A DNA stretch of 64,000 bases from Acidimicrobiia bacterium (GTDB lineage Bacteria > Actinomycetota > Acidimicrobiia > Spongiisociales > UBA4744), in NCBI GenBank assembly GCA_029863625.1, contig JAOTUY010000001.1, forward strand, positions 82,046 through 146,045, in the 5' to 3' direction. This document shows positions 10,393-20,116 of this stretch, one piece after another; within the stretch, counting starts at the first letter, position 1, and each line of letters starts with the position of its first letter. The position numbers and the translations under genes are program-made. A model generated the notes under the pieces. That model searched no databases, was not told where the DNA came from, and saw only the letters and a program-made list of their open reading frames with translations.

Positions 10393-10405
10393 GAGAGGTG
10401 TTCGG

Positions 10406-11164
10406 ATGCTCATTGGGGCTCACGTCAACAATGTTCATCCGCTCGAGGAAGCCGCGTCACGAAAAGCCGACGTCGTGCAGATGTTCGCATCGAATCCACA
10501 GTCGTGGAAGAAGCCTTTGCCCCGTCCCGATTGCGAAGAACTCAAAGCGGCATCCGTTCCTATCTACGTACATGCTCCGTATCTGATCAACGTGGTGTCG
10601 CCCAACAATCGTGTGCGTATCCCAAGCCGCAAGATCCTGGCCGAGACGCTCGAAGCGGCCGGAGCGTTTGGCGCTGCGGCAGTGATCGTGCACGGCGGTC
10701 ACGTGACCGACGAAGAGTCGATCGAGGAAGGTCCGGAACGCTGGAGGAAGGCCCTCGAACCCCTCGAAACTGACCTACCGATCCTGATCGAGAACACGGC
10801 AGGCGGGGGAGCGGCGATGGCCAGACAGGTCGACGATATCGCCCGTTTGTGGGAGGAAATCGGAGATCTCGGTCCCGGATTCTGTCTCGATACCTGCCAT
10901 TTCTGGGCAGCGGGCGAAGACCTCGCCGGCCTGGTCGAGCGGGTGATGGCCGCCACCGGCCGGATCGATCTGATCCACTGCAACGACTCCCGTGATGCGT
11001 TTGACAGCCGTCGCGACCGTCACACCAATCTCGGAAAGGGTGAGATCCCCCCGGAGCTGTTGCTACAGGTCGTTCGGGAGGCCGGGGCACCGGTGGTCGT
11101 TGAAACACCAGGCGGTTCTGAAGAACAGGGTGCGGACATTGCCTGGCTGCGAGCAAATCTGTGA
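10406..11164 (+). CDS. nfo: Endonuclease IV (AP endonuclease, TIM barrel)
   Basis: [46 protein letters not shown] and a C-terminal IAWLRANL all match Nfo signatures. ATG at 10406 has an upstream GGAGAGG Shine-Dalgarno. Confidence 0.85.
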   Translation: MLIGAHVNNVHPLEEAASRKADVVQMFASNPQSWKKPLPRPDCEELKAASVPIYVHAPYLINVVSPNNRVRIPSRKILAETLEAAGAFGAAAVIVHGGHVTDEESIEEGPERWRKALEPLETDLPILIENTAGGGAAMARQVDDIARLWEEIGDLGPGFCLDTCHFWAAGEDLAGLVERVMAATGRIDLIHCNDSRDAFDSRRDRHTNLGKGEIPPELLLQVVREAGAPVVVETPGGSEEQGADIAWLRANL

Positions 11165-11205
11165 GGTCGAGGTCCGCGTTTCCTCCGGTTTGCAGTTAGG
11201 AGCTC

Positions 11206-12639
11206 ATGGTGCCACTGGTTGCCGGAATCGATTGCTCGACACAGTCGACGAAAGCCTTGATCGTTGATGTCGACTCGGGTGAAGCAGTTGCGATCGGGAG
11301 AGCAAACCACGAAGTCACCGGGACGGGCGGAGCGCGGGAGTCGGACCCCGAAGGCTGGTGGACCGCTCTACGCGATGCGATCGGGCAGACGGGCCGGGGA
11401 GCTGAACTGGCCGCGATTTCCATTGCCGGGCAACAACACGGAATGGTGGTCCTGGATGGCGATGGAAAACCGCTTCGGGCGGCCAAGCTGTGGAACGACA
11501 CAGAGTCAGCCGCAGATGCGGCGACTTTGATTGATGCTCTGGGGGGATCCAACTGGTGGGCCGAGCGGGTCGGTCTCGTGCCCGTCGCCTCGTTTACGGC
11601 AGCCAAATGGGCCTGGTTGCGGCGGATGGAACCTGACGTAGCCACGGCTACGGCCGCCATTCGTCTACCTCACGATTTCCTGACCGAACGGCTGTGCGGA
11701 CGCGGGGTTTCCGACCGAGGGGATACGTCGGGGACCGGGTGGTGGTCGACGGCAACGGAGGCATACGTCGACGAGGTCCTGGACCACCCTTCCATTCGTC
11801 TCGACCCCGCCCTCCTTCCGGTCGTGCTCGGTCCGCGGGAAGTGGCCGGAAACGTCACCAGCGAAGCGGCCGACTTCGTTGGTATTCCGGCCCGTATTCC
11901 GGTCGGTCCCGGCACGGGTGATAATGCCGGCGCGGCCATCGGCCTCGGTTTGGAGCCGGGTGTGCCGGTCATCAGCCTGGGGACCTCGGGGACCGCTTTC
12001 ATGGTTTCCGAATCGCGCAGCGCGGATCCTTCCGGGACGGTGGCCGGGTTTGCCGACGCCACCGGGCGTTTCCTCCCGTTGGCGGCAACGCTCAACTGCA
12101 CTCTGGCGGTGGATCGGGTGGCATCCTGGCTCGGGCTCGAGCGTGACGACGTGGTCGCACCCACCGAGGTAGTGGTTCTGCCGTTTTTCGATGGGGAGCG
12201 GACGCCGAATCTCCCCGATGCCGCGGCTTCCATTATCGGGCTGCGGCATACGACCCTGCCCGGTGAGATCTTGCTCGGTGCTTATCAGGGTGCGGTCCTC
12301 AGTCTGCTCGATGCCCTCGACGTGATCGATCGTTGCAGCTCCGGAATCGGGGTCGACGCGCCCCTGGTTCTGGTCGGCGGAGGATCGAAAGGTTCCACCT
12401 GGCGGAGCGTCATTCAGGCGATGTCCGGTCGAGCGATCCAGATTCCCGAGGCAGAGGAACTCGCGGCTCTTGGAGCAGCTGCCCAAGCGGCCTCGATGCT
12501 CGGTGGAGAGCACCCCGACGCGGTGGCGAGGCGATGGGGAACCCGCCGGGGTACCGTTCTTGAGCCGGTGTCGAGAGATGAGCAAACGCGCAACCGAATT
12601 CACCGGGTGCGCGAACTGACCACGGAGCTGAACGGGTAG
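11206..12639 (+). CDS. xylB: FGGY-family carbohydrate kinase (xylulokinase-like)
   Basis: N-terminal VAGIDCSTQSTKALIVD, ISIAGQQHGMVVLD, FGGY C-domain GGGSKGSTWRSVIQ. 477 aa. Confidence 0.75.
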   Translation: MVPLVAGIDCSTQSTKALIVDVDSGEAVAIGRANHEVTGTGGARESDPEGWWTALRDAIGQTGRGAELAAISIAGQQHGMVVLDGDGKPLRAAKLWNDTESAADAATLIDALGGSNWWAERVGLVPVASFTAAKWAWLRRMEPDVATATAAIRLPHDFLTERLCGRGVSDRGDTSGTGWWSTATEAYVDEVLDHPSIRLDPALLPVVLGPREVAGNVTSEAADFVGIPARIPVGPGTGDNAGAAIGLGLEPGVPVISLGTSGTAFMVSESRSADPSGTVAGFADATGRFLPLAATLNCTLAVDRVASWLGLERDDVVAPTEVVVLPFFDGERTPNLPDAAASIIGLRHTTLPGEILLGAYQGAVLSLLDALDVIDRCSSGIGVDAPLVLVGGGSKGSTWRSVIQAMSGRAIQIPEAEELAALGAAAQAASMLGGEHPDAVARRWGTRRGTVLEPVSRDEQTRNRIHRVRELTTELNG

Positions 12640-12642
12640 GAA

Positions 12643-12745
12643 CTCGCTTCGCTCCCAGCGTCCAGCTTCCAGCCCGCTTCGCTCCCAGCTTCGAGCACCC
12701 GGCCAGAACGGTGCTGGGCCAAGTTGCTGGTTGCTGGTTGCTATC
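12643..12745. repeat. Copy A of a roughly 100-bp intergenic repeat (GCTTCGCTCCCAGC ... CCGCCAGAAC-GTG ... GCTGGTTGCTGGT)
   Basis: Shares the ordered blocks gcttcgctcccagc, cagcttcgagc, cc(g/c)gccagaac(g/a)gtg and gctggttgctggt(t/c)gct with 31548..31645. Lies between convergent xylB and the Gfo gene. Confidence 0.6.
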
Positions 12746-13730
12746 CCTTCGCCGCTTCCAGTATTCGCTCGATGACCCGCATATTGGCCACCCCGTCCTC
12801 CGGGGGAGTGGGTACGGGCGCATCGTCGAGGATGGATTGAGCGAAGAGCTCTGCTTGAACGGTGTACTGATTGATCGGCGGGAACGTGATCGTGACGGTA
12901 TCCGGGCCGGCTGTCGGGTTTTCCGCCTGTGTGAGGAAGATCCGGGTCTCACGATCCGGCGGAGGGTTGAAGGGGATTTCGACCTCGATCCGCCCGGTCG
13001 ATCCCAGCAGATGAACCGCCTGGTCTGGCTCTGTCTGGGTGGAGACGACGAAGCTCGCCTGGCCTCCACCGAAGTCGAGAAGGGCGGAAGTGACGATATC
13101 GGTCCCGAAGTCCGGGTCCCTGAGGACAGAGGCTTGGACGCGAGTCGGCTCACTTCCAAACAACATACGAGACAGATTGATGGCATAGCAACCGATGTCC
13201 ATGAGTGCGCCCCCACCCGTGTCCATCCGGTTGCGAATGTTGTCCCGATCGTTGTTGAAATAGGCAAACCGGGTCTGGACGGAGCGCAGCTCACCGATGA
13301 CACCTGAGGACACCATCTCGAGGACTTTGGCCCATAATGGGTGGAGCCGGTACATGAAGGCCTCCATCAGCTGCACCCCTTCCGCTGCACAAACATCGAC
13401 CATTTCTTGCGCATCAGCCGAGCTGAGCGCAAAGGGCTTCTCGCACAGAACGTGCTTGCCGGCCCGGCCGGCGGCGATCGACCACTCGCGGTGGAGGTGA
13501 TTGGGGAGCGGGTTGTAGATGGCATCGATGTCACCGTCGGCGAGGAGCTCCTCATAGCTTCCGTACGTTCGTGGGATCCTCAGTCGGTCGGCAGCTGCGC
13601 GACCTCGAGAGAGATCACGCGAGGCGATGGCGATCACTTCGCAGTTGGAAGCGTCTTGTATCGCCGGTATTACCTGCTCGGTGCCAATGGCGGCGGTGCT
13701 GAGGATGCCCCAGCGCACTGTGTCAGTCAT
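12741..13730 (-). CDS. Gfo/Idh/MocA-family NAD(P)-dependent oxidoreductase
   Basis: N-terminal Rossmann VRWGILSTAAIG, and the family-typical LCEKP motif. Confidence 0.8.
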   Translation of the reverse strand: MTDTVRWGILSTAAIGTEQVIPAIQDASNCEVIAIASRDLSRGRAAADRLRIPRTYGSYEELLADGDIDAIYNPLPNHLHREWSIAAGRAGKHVLCEKPFALSSADAQEMVDVCAAEGVQLMEAFMYRLHPLWAKVLEMVSSGVIGELRSVQTRFAYFNNDRDNIRNRMDTGGGALMDIGCYAINLSRMLFGSEPTRVQASVLRDPDFGTDIVTSALLDFGGGQASFVVSTQTEPDQAVHLLGSTGRIEVEIPFNPPPDRETRIFLTQAENPTAGPDTVTITFPPINQYTVQAELFAQSILDDAPVPTPPEDGVANMRVIERILEAAKG

Positions 13731-13736
13731 GTCTCC

Positions 13737-14525
13737 TCATTTCAGCTTGGTCCATTGGAAAGTGGCGTTGGCTACCAGCGGATGCCCTGGTCGCACAACA
13801 TGGGGGGAGTTGTTCAGTGCGTCGGGCGGAGCGGTCTGCGGTTCGATACACGTGGCGTAGTCGCGCTCGTTGTAAACGACCCACCAATCGCAGTCCGTCG
13901 TCACTCGCATACGAAGGAAACCGGGCCATTCGAGCACCGGCGGTGACGCGACTTCCCCGAAACAGTCGTCCCAGGGACCCTCCGGCACCTCAGCCCTGTC
14001 CAGGGTAGAGATGCCGTCCTGGTCGCGGCGCAGCATGAAACCGGGCCGGAAGTCGAGGTGCGACGCCGTATCGTCGACGACCCGGCGGAACCACGGATGC
14101 CACCCGCACGAGGCGGGCATCGGACCCTGGGTCGCGTGGACCTCGAGACGAAGACTGAGGGAGCCGTCCTCGAGCCGAATTTCTTGAAGGACAAATCCCG
14201 GAAACGGCCAGGGAGGACCGAGGTCGGTCACGAAAGTCGTATCGCCGTTCTGTTCCCACTCTTGAAGGTAGGCGGTGCCATGGATGGCGTGGCCGTTGAG
14301 AGTGCGCGGCAATTCGTAGCGACGCTCGTCGAAGCCGAAGCTGCCGTCGCGGACCCGTCCTGCGTAGGGCGCCATCGGGTAAAGGCCCCATTCGATGGGA
14401 GACCGTCCCGTCGTGATCAGGAGCTCGCGTCCGCCCACGTGCAACGAAGCGATACGGCATCCCTGGTTGAGGTCGACGACCAGAGTGGTGTCGTACGAAG
14501 ACATGGTCACCCGTCGGGGTTTCAT
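13737..14525 (-). CDS. Aldose 1-epimerase (galactose mutarotase-like) family protein
   Basis: GHAIHGTAYLQEWE and PWPFPGFVLQEIRLEDGSL with a beta-sandwich pattern. 262 aa. Confidence 0.7.
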   Translation of the reverse strand: MKPRRVTMSSYDTTLVVDLNQGCRIASLHVGGRELLITTGRSPIEWGLYPMAPYAGRVRDGSFGFDERRYELPRTLNGHAIHGTAYLQEWEQNGDTTFVTDLGPPWPFPGFVLQEIRLEDGSLSLRLEVHATQGPMPASCGWHPWFRRVVDDTASHLDFRPGFMLRRDQDGISTLDRAEVPEGPWDDCFGEVASPPVLEWPGFLRMRVTTDCDWWVVYNERDYATCIEPQTAPPDALNNSPHVVRPGHPLVANATFQWTKLK

Positions 14526-14567
14526 GAGAAGAACCTAGTGGTACCTGCGGGCGCTACCGTCTCCGGC

Positions 14568-15800
14568 ATGCGGAAGTCATTCGGTTTGCTGGCGCTCAGC
14601 ATGGCGGCTTTCGTTGTGCTGGGTATGCCCAAATCGGGCTTCGGGATTGCCTGGCCAACCGTCGCCTCTGATTTCGGTAGACCGATAGGCGATCTCGGGC
14701 TGGTTATCGCCGTGTACGTCATTGGATACTTCCTTGCTGCGGTTGGGACCGGTTCACTGGCCCGCCGTTTTGAGCTGGGACCCCCATTGATGGTGGCCGC
14801 CGGCTTGGCGACGGTCAGCTTGATCGGATACGCGACCGCCCCGGGGTGGATATGGCTGCTCGTATCGGCCGCCGGTCTTGGTTTGGCGGGTGGAATCATC
14901 GACGCAGGAATCAATGCGGTCGTGGCCGTGCGTCACGGGCCCCGAGCGATGGGGATGCTGCACGCCGGGTTTGGGGTCGGCGCCACCCTCGGACCGCTGA
15001 TGATGACGACCCTGATCGAAACGGACACGTCGTGGCGGATCGGATTCGTCGTGCTGGCAGTCGGTCAGGGGGTTCTGGCGTTGCTCTATGTGCGAACCCG
15101 TACTGCGTGGAAGGTTACGGTCGAGTCGGTCGATGCGTCTCTTCCTGTTCGACCCGATGGAAACCACGCGTTGTGGGGGGCGCTGACGGTCTTCGCCCTG
15201 TACTCAGGGGTCGAGGTCGGCACCGGCCAGTGGGCCTACAGCTTGCTGACCGAAGGGAGGGGGGTGTCGACCGCCGCGGCCGGAGGAGCGGTCACGGCCT
15301 TCTGGGCCGCTTTGACCGTGTCGCGGTTGGTATTGGGGGTCATCGGTCACCGGATGTTGATCCACCGGCTCCTGCGGGGCAGTTCGCTGCTGGTTCTGGT
15401 TGGGGTGGCCGCCTTGTGGCTTGACCCTGTTGAGTGGGCTGGACCGGCCGGCCTGGTGGTTATGGGATTTGCGCTCGGTCCGATCTTTCCTCTGCAGACG
15501 ACGCTCACACCGAGTCGGGTGGGAGCTGCCTTTACGCCGACCGCAGTCGGTTACCAGTTGGCCGCCGCTACCGCCGGCGCCGCCGTCATCCCTGGCGGCC
15601 TGGGCATCCTCGTCACCCACTTCGGGCTGGAAGTGGTTGGAGTGGTTCTAGTAGTAACGGCCGTCATGATGGCTGGATCGATCGAGGTGTTGAGCCGGGC
15701 GAGTGCCGGGAGCGAACGGACTGGACCGACCGAGCCTACAAATCTCAACGAAGATCGTCGTTCCGGCAATGAGGGACATGGGCGAGGCCCCCTCTGGTAG
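14568..15800 (+). CDS. MFS transporter
   Basis: ATG at 14568 gives MRKSFGLLALSMAAFVVLG followed by roughly 12 TM segments. The track's 14058 start would overlap the convergent epimerase gene and is an artefact. Confidence 0.75.
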   Translation: MRKSFGLLALSMAAFVVLGMPKSGFGIAWPTVASDFGRPIGDLGLVIAVYVIGYFLAAVGTGSLARRFELGPPLMVAAGLATVSLIGYATAPGWIWLLVSAAGLGLAGGIIDAGINAVVAVRHGPRAMGMLHAGFGVGATLGPLMMTTLIETDTSWRIGFVVLAVGQGVLALLYVRTRTAWKVTVESVDASLPVRPDGNHALWGALTVFALYSGVEVGTGQWAYSLLTEGRGVSTAAAGGAVTAFWAALTVSRLVLGVIGHRMLIHRLLRGSSLLVLVGVAALWLDPVEWAGPAGLVVMGFALGPIFPLQTTLTPSRVGAAFTPTAVGYQLAAATAGAAVIPGGLGILVTHFGLEVVGVVLVVTAVMMAGSIEVLSRASAGSERTGPTEPTNLNEDRRSGNEGHGRGPLW

Positions 15801-15812
15801 AGAGGGGGCCTC
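15784..15812. terminator. GC-rich hairpin (12-bp perfect stem GAGGCCCCCTCT / AGAGGGGGCCTC) between convergent genes
   Basis: Inverted repeat seen directly. The MFS stop codon TAG lies in the loop. No U-tract, which is typical of actinobacterial terminators. Confidence 0.5.
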
Positions 15813-15833
15813 GGTCACTCGACTGAGGACTGT

Positions 15834-16289
15834 TTACTTGACCGGTAGCAACGGGCACTGGAAGTACGGCGGCGGCCCACCGTCGAACGAACCGGGCGTG
15901 ATGTTCAGATGCCGGAGGCCCGCGTGGTACATAACGTCTGCGTATGACGTCAGCACCGGAAGGGTGGCGTGAGCAGCGACCCCGGCCTCCGTCCACTCAA
16001 CCGTCTGGGTGAACCACCGTCCGCCGTTGTAGGCGGGATTGCCGGGAGCGGCCTCTGCCACCGGCAGTTGTCCTTCAGCGCCGTTGGTGATCACAAACAG
16101 CTTGTCGAAGGACTGTAGGTTGTGATCGTTGGGGGCTGGCAGGTTTGTCGTGCCTTTGGTACCCCATGTCTCTCCGTCGGCGTAGAGGGCAGGGCCGAAA
16201 TTCGGCTTGCCCGGGGCTGCGAAGGCCGGGGCGGCCATCACCAGCACCATGGCCGCCACCAGCGCCAGGATGGTAAATCGTCGGTTCAT
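15834..16289 (-). CDS. Secreted hypothetical protein
   Basis: ATG at 16289 is preceded by GGAGA. MNRRFTILALVAAMVLVMAAPAFAAPG is a signal peptide. The longer track ORF is a 5' extension. Confidence 0.6.
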   Translation of the reverse strand: MNRRFTILALVAAMVLVMAAPAFAAPGKPNFGPALYADGETWGTKGTTNLPAPNDHNLQSFDKLFVITNGAEGQLPVAEAAPGNPAYNGGRWFTQTVEWTEAGVAAHATLPVLTSYADVMYHAGLRHLNITPGSFDGGPPPYFQCPLLPVK

Positions 16290-16536
16290 CGTCGATCTCC
16301 TTTCGGACCGGAGGGTCCGGCCTCCCCATAACCGTCGCAACCAAATCTTTCGCAGTAGGAACAGCGTCCGAAACAAACTCGAAACAAGGCCGGCTGAACT
16401 TTGAACGGAAGAGACGCAGGGGTTCACCCATACTCGAGGTTCTTGGCGGCGGTAACAGTGCCGGGGTCATCTGTTGGGTTGGTTGGGTCGAGGTGCTTGC
16501 CCCATTTGAACGGGCCCCAGACTGAGATCGTCGGGT

Positions 16537-16947
16537 TCAGCCGGTGATCAGATTGGCGCCCTTCCGAGCCAAGCCGATGTCCTCCGCTTCAGGTAACCCA
16601 CTTACCCCGACTGCTCCGATGGTCTGGCCATCGACTTTGATCGGAACCCCGCCTCCCCAAGTGACGTAGCGAAGCTCCCCGAAGTTCGTCATCGGAAAGC
16701 CCTCTTCTCGCGACCGCTCGCCCAGGTTCCCGCTTTCGATCTGTTCGCGGGCCGCGGTGTACGCCTTGTTGATGGCTATGCCAATGGACGGCAGCCGGCA
16801 TCCGTCGGTTCGGAGGAAGGCCACAAGCTCGCCATGTGAGTCGACAACGGCGACGGCGGCGCCCAGCCGGCTCGCCTCCAGTTCGCCTCGCACGACGTCG
16901 ACGATCCGGGCTGCATCCTGGTGAGTGAGGCGGCGGGTTGAGCTCAT
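16537..16947 (-). CDS. GlcG/HbpS-like (DUF336) heme-binding-fold protein
   Basis: MSSTRRLTHQDAARIVD...AVGVSGLPEAEDIGLARKG. ATG at 16947 overlaps the stop of the upstream gene as ATGA. Confidence 0.65.
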   Translation of the reverse strand: MSSTRRLTHQDAARIVDVVRGELEASRLGAAVAVVDSHGELVAFLRTDGCRLPSIGIAINKAYTAAREQIESGNLGERSREEGFPMTNFGELRYVTWGGGVPIKVDGQTIGAVGVSGLPEAEDIGLARKGANLITG

Positions 16948-18092
16948 GTGACCTCCGAGAGCTTCACAGAGGTTCGATGTCGTGCGGACTGGACGGCTGC
17001 CTCCATGACCCGTTGGGTGGTGAAGGCGTCTTCGAAATCGGGGATGGGTACGATTGGATCGGCACCGCTCAATGCCACGACGATGTCGGCCGCCTGGTTG
17101 GCGAAAGTGTGTTCGTATCCGAGCCAATGCCCATCCGGCCACCAGTTCGCGGCATAAGGATGCGCCTCATGCATGGCCTGAATGGTCCGCCATCCTTGTG
17201 TCCGGGGCGGCTCGTTCCCATCGAAGAATTCCAGTTCGTTCATCCGCTCGAAATTGAAGCGTACCGCCCCCTGCTCGCCGTGAATCTCGATGCGGTTCGA
17301 GTTCTTGATGCCGGTTGCCAGGCGAGTGGACTCGAAGGAGCCAACCGCTCCGCCCCGGAAGCGGGCCAGGAAGAGGACTGCATCGTCCACTGAGCTGCGC
17401 CCCTTCTTGGTGGGGTCGTCGGGCCGTGTCCTTTGTTTGATGAACCGTTCCTCGATGGCTCCCGTGACCTCGGCGATTTCGTCGCCGGTCACAAACCTGG
17501 CCAGATCGATGGTGTGGGCCATGAGATCGCCGAGCGCGCCCGATCCGGCCCGGGATTTCTGGAAACGCCAGCCAAGCGGGGTGTCTGGACCTCCCCACCC
17601 TTGCAGGTAGGCGGCTCGGACGTGATAGATACGACCGAGTCGCCCCTCCGCCACCAGCTGGTGGGCAAGGGCCAGGGCCGGGGCGCGGCGGTAGTTGAAC
17701 CAGACGAACGTAGGGACCCCCGTTCGACGCGCCGCGTCTCTCATCTCCCGGGCGTCATCAATGGTTCCGGCGAGCGGCTTCTCGCAGGCGACCGCCAACC
17801 CCGCCTCCAGGGCGGCCAGTGCCTGCTCGCGGTGCAGGTGATTTGGGGTTCCGATATCCACCAGGTCGACGACCGGGTCGGAGATGGCAGTCCGCCAGTC
17901 GGTCGTCCAGCCGGCCCAACCCCACTGCTTCGCGAACCGCTCGAGGTAGTCAGCGTCGCGGGCTGCGATCGTATGCAGGGCCGGCCGTCGCGGTAGATCG
18001 AAGAAGTGGCCGGCTTGGAGCCAGGCGTTGGAATGCGCCTTGCCCATGAATTTCGAACCGAACAGGGCGATGTTGAGAGGTGGAGTCGGCAT
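16944..18092 (-). CDS. Gfo/Idh/MocA-family oxidoreductase
   Basis: MPTPPLNIALFGSKFMGKAHS Rossmann, and LAVACEKP. ATG at 18092. The track's 18302 start is an Arg-rich extension. Confidence 0.8.
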   Translation of the reverse strand: MPTPPLNIALFGSKFMGKAHSNAWLQAGHFFDLPRRPALHTIAARDADYLERFAKQWGWAGWTTDWRTAISDPVVDLVDIGTPNHLHREQALAALEAGLAVACEKPLAGTIDDAREMRDAARRTGVPTFVWFNYRRAPALALAHQLVAEGRLGRIYHVRAAYLQGWGGPDTPLGWRFQKSRAGSGALGDLMAHTIDLARFVTGDEIAEVTGAIEERFIKQRTRPDDPTKKGRSSVDDAVLFLARFRGGAVGSFESTRLATGIKNSNRIEIHGEQGAVRFNFERMNELEFFDGNEPPRTQGWRTIQAMHEAHPYAANWWPDGHWLGYEHTFANQAADIVVALSGADPIVPIPDFEDAFTTQRVMEAAVQSARHRTSVKLSEVT

Positions 18093-18190
18093 TGAGGCTC
18101 CCAGGCTAGAGCACCATTGCCGGGCATGAACAAACTCGAAACATCGGTCATCGTTGTTGAGTTCCACCTCAGGATTCGTAACCTGCACCT

Positions 18191-18889
18191 GTGAGCGCGA
18201 AAACACATCCGGCCGGACGGGTGCTGGTCGTTGATGACGAGCCGATGGTGCGCGAAGTGGTGACACGCTATCTCGAACGGGATGGGTTCCGGGTTGACGC
18301 AACCGGGGACGGATTGACGGCTCTTGATCTCGCCAGGGCCCGGCCGCCAGATCTGTTGATTCTCGATGTGATGCTTCCCTCCAAAGACGGCTTCAGTGTC
18401 CTAGCGGAATTGCGAAAGACCAGCTCGGTGCCGGTCATCCTCTTGACGGCCCGCGCCGACGAAACCGATCGGGTGCTCGGGCTCGAACTGGGTGCGGACG
18501 ACTACGTGGTGAAACCATTCTCCCCTCGTGAGCTTGCCGCCCGGGTCCGATCAGTGCTGCGCCGCTCGAATCCAACCGAACCGGGCACCCGGCTCGATTT
18601 CGAAGGTCTGACGATCGATCCGCAGGCGCGCGAGGTCAAGGTCGGGGAGAAGACAGTCGACCTGACTCCGAAAGAGTTCGATGTGCTGACGTTCCTTGCT
18701 TCACATCCGCGCCAGGTGTTCTCGCGCGGCCAGCTACTCCAACAGGTGTGGGATTCCTCAGCGGAGTGGCAGGATCCTGCCACCGTGACGGTGCACATGC
18801 GCCGGTTGCGAACCAAGCTCGAAGCAGATCCACAAGATCCCCGCTGGTTGTTGACGGTGTGGGGTGTTGGCTACCGGTTCGAGCCATGA
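18191..18889 (+). CDS. OmpR-family response regulator
   Basis: Receiver domain VLVVDDEPMVREV...LLILDVMLPSKDG and a winged-helix C-terminus (WGVGYRF). GTG start. Confidence 0.85.
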   Translation: MSAKTHPAGRVLVVDDEPMVREVVTRYLERDGFRVDATGDGLTALDLARARPPDLLILDVMLPSKDGFSVLAELRKTSSVPVILLTARADETDRVLGLELGADDYVVKPFSPRELAARVRSVLRRSNPTEPGTRLDFEGLTIDPQAREVKVGEKTVDLTPKEFDVLTFLASHPRQVFSRGQLLQQVWDSSAEWQDPATVTVHMRRLRTKLEADPQDPRWLLTVWGVGYRFEP

Positions 18890-20094
18890 GGTTTCTCCTG
18901 GTGCTCATCGCCGTCGTAGTTGCAGCGCTGGCAGTCACCGAATTCACGATGCAACCGTCTTCTGCGGATCGCGCGGCGCTGTTGGTGATTTTCGGGTCGA
19001 TCGCGGCCGCGACCGGTCTGGCGAGCTGGCTGTTGCCCGGGGTCACCGCCCGGTTCCGCACTTTGCGGCATACCGTGCTCCTGGTGTCGATGGCGGCCGT
19101 GGCGGTTGTGGCCGTTGCCGTTGCTGTTTCGGCTCAATTGATGTTTCTGTCGTCGCACGATCTGCGACTGGTGGTCGTCGCACTCGGGCTGGGAGTGGTG
19201 CTCGGTGCGCTGCTGGCCGCCACGATTTCGCGCCCCCTCGCAGAAGATCTCGAGCGGCTGGCCGGGACTGCGCGGCAAGTAGGAGAGGGAGACCTCTCGG
19301 TCCGGTCGGATTTGGATCGCCCCGACGAGGTGGGGATCGTGGCCGTGGCAATGGACGGCATGATCGATTCCCTGCGGGCCGGCCGGGCCGATCGGGACCA
19401 GGTGGAACAGTCCAGACGAGCTTTCTTGGCCGCCATAGGGCATGATCTCCGCACACCGTTGACCTCGATGCAGGCAGCCGTCGAAGCGCTACAGGACGGC
19501 GTTGTTGAGGACCCTGATCGCTACTTGCGGTCGATGCTGTCCGACCTCGATCTGTTGTCGGGTCTCGTTGAAGACCTCTTCCTCCTGGCTCAGATCGAGG
19601 CCGGGAAACTGGATGTCCGCACCGAACCCGTCGACCTGGCTGATCTGGCCGACGAAGCGGTTGAGGCCATGACACCGGTGGCGCGCCGGCGAGGCATTGA
19701 GATCGACATCGATGCTGATCATCACATAACGGTATTGGGTGGCGAGCGCGAGCTGGGAAGGGTGATTCGGAACCTCCTCGACAATGCCATCCGGCATGCG
19801 CCCGCTTCTTCGCATGTACGGGTCGAGGTTGGGGACGGTGGACGAGACGCCACCGTGAGGATCGTCGATCAGGGTCCGGGGTTTCCCGAGGGTCTTGATG
19901 TGTTCGAGAGCTTCGCCAAGGGTGACGCGGCTCGTTCCCGAACCCACGGTGGAGCCGGTCTGGGGATGGCGATCGCCAAGGGTCTGGTTGAGGCGCATGG
20001 CGGGTCGATCGCCATCGAACCCGGCCCGGGCGGCCGGGTTGCGTTCCGGTTGCCCCTTCACAATGTCAGGCTGCCCCAGTCGGGAACCCGGTGA
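18886..20094 (+). CDS. Sensor histidine kinase (2 TM, HAMP, HisKA, HATPase_c)
   Basis: ATG at 18886 overlaps the response regulator stop as ATGA. H-box LAAIGHDLRTPLTSM. G-boxes VDQGPGFPEG and GGAGLGMAIAKGLVEAHGG. Confidence 0.85.
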   Translation: MRFLLVLIAVVVAALAVTEFTMQPSSADRAALLVIFGSIAAATGLASWLLPGVTARFRTLRHTVLLVSMAAVAVVAVAVAVSAQLMFLSSHDLRLVVVALGLGVVLGALLAATISRPLAEDLERLAGTARQVGEGDLSVRSDLDRPDEVGIVAVAMDGMIDSLRAGRADRDQVEQSRRAFLAAIGHDLRTPLTSMQAAVEALQDGVVEDPDRYLRSMLSDLDLLSGLVEDLFLLAQIEAGKLDVRTEPVDLADLADEAVEAMTPVARRRGIEIDIDADHHITVLGGERELGRVIRNLLDNAIRHAPASSHVRVEVGDGGRDATVRIVDQGPGFPEGLDVFESFAKGDAARSRTHGGAGLGMAIAKGLVEAHGGSIAIEPGPGGRVAFRLPLHNVRLPQSGTR

Positions 20095-20116
20095 CCGCCA
20101 GTTGCGTCATACCTGC

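Noticed and set aside
14058-14567. 5' extension of the MFS ORF (track start 14058)
   Set aside because: Overlaps the convergent aldose-epimerase gene. Arg/Pro-rich with no TM. The real start is ATG 14568.
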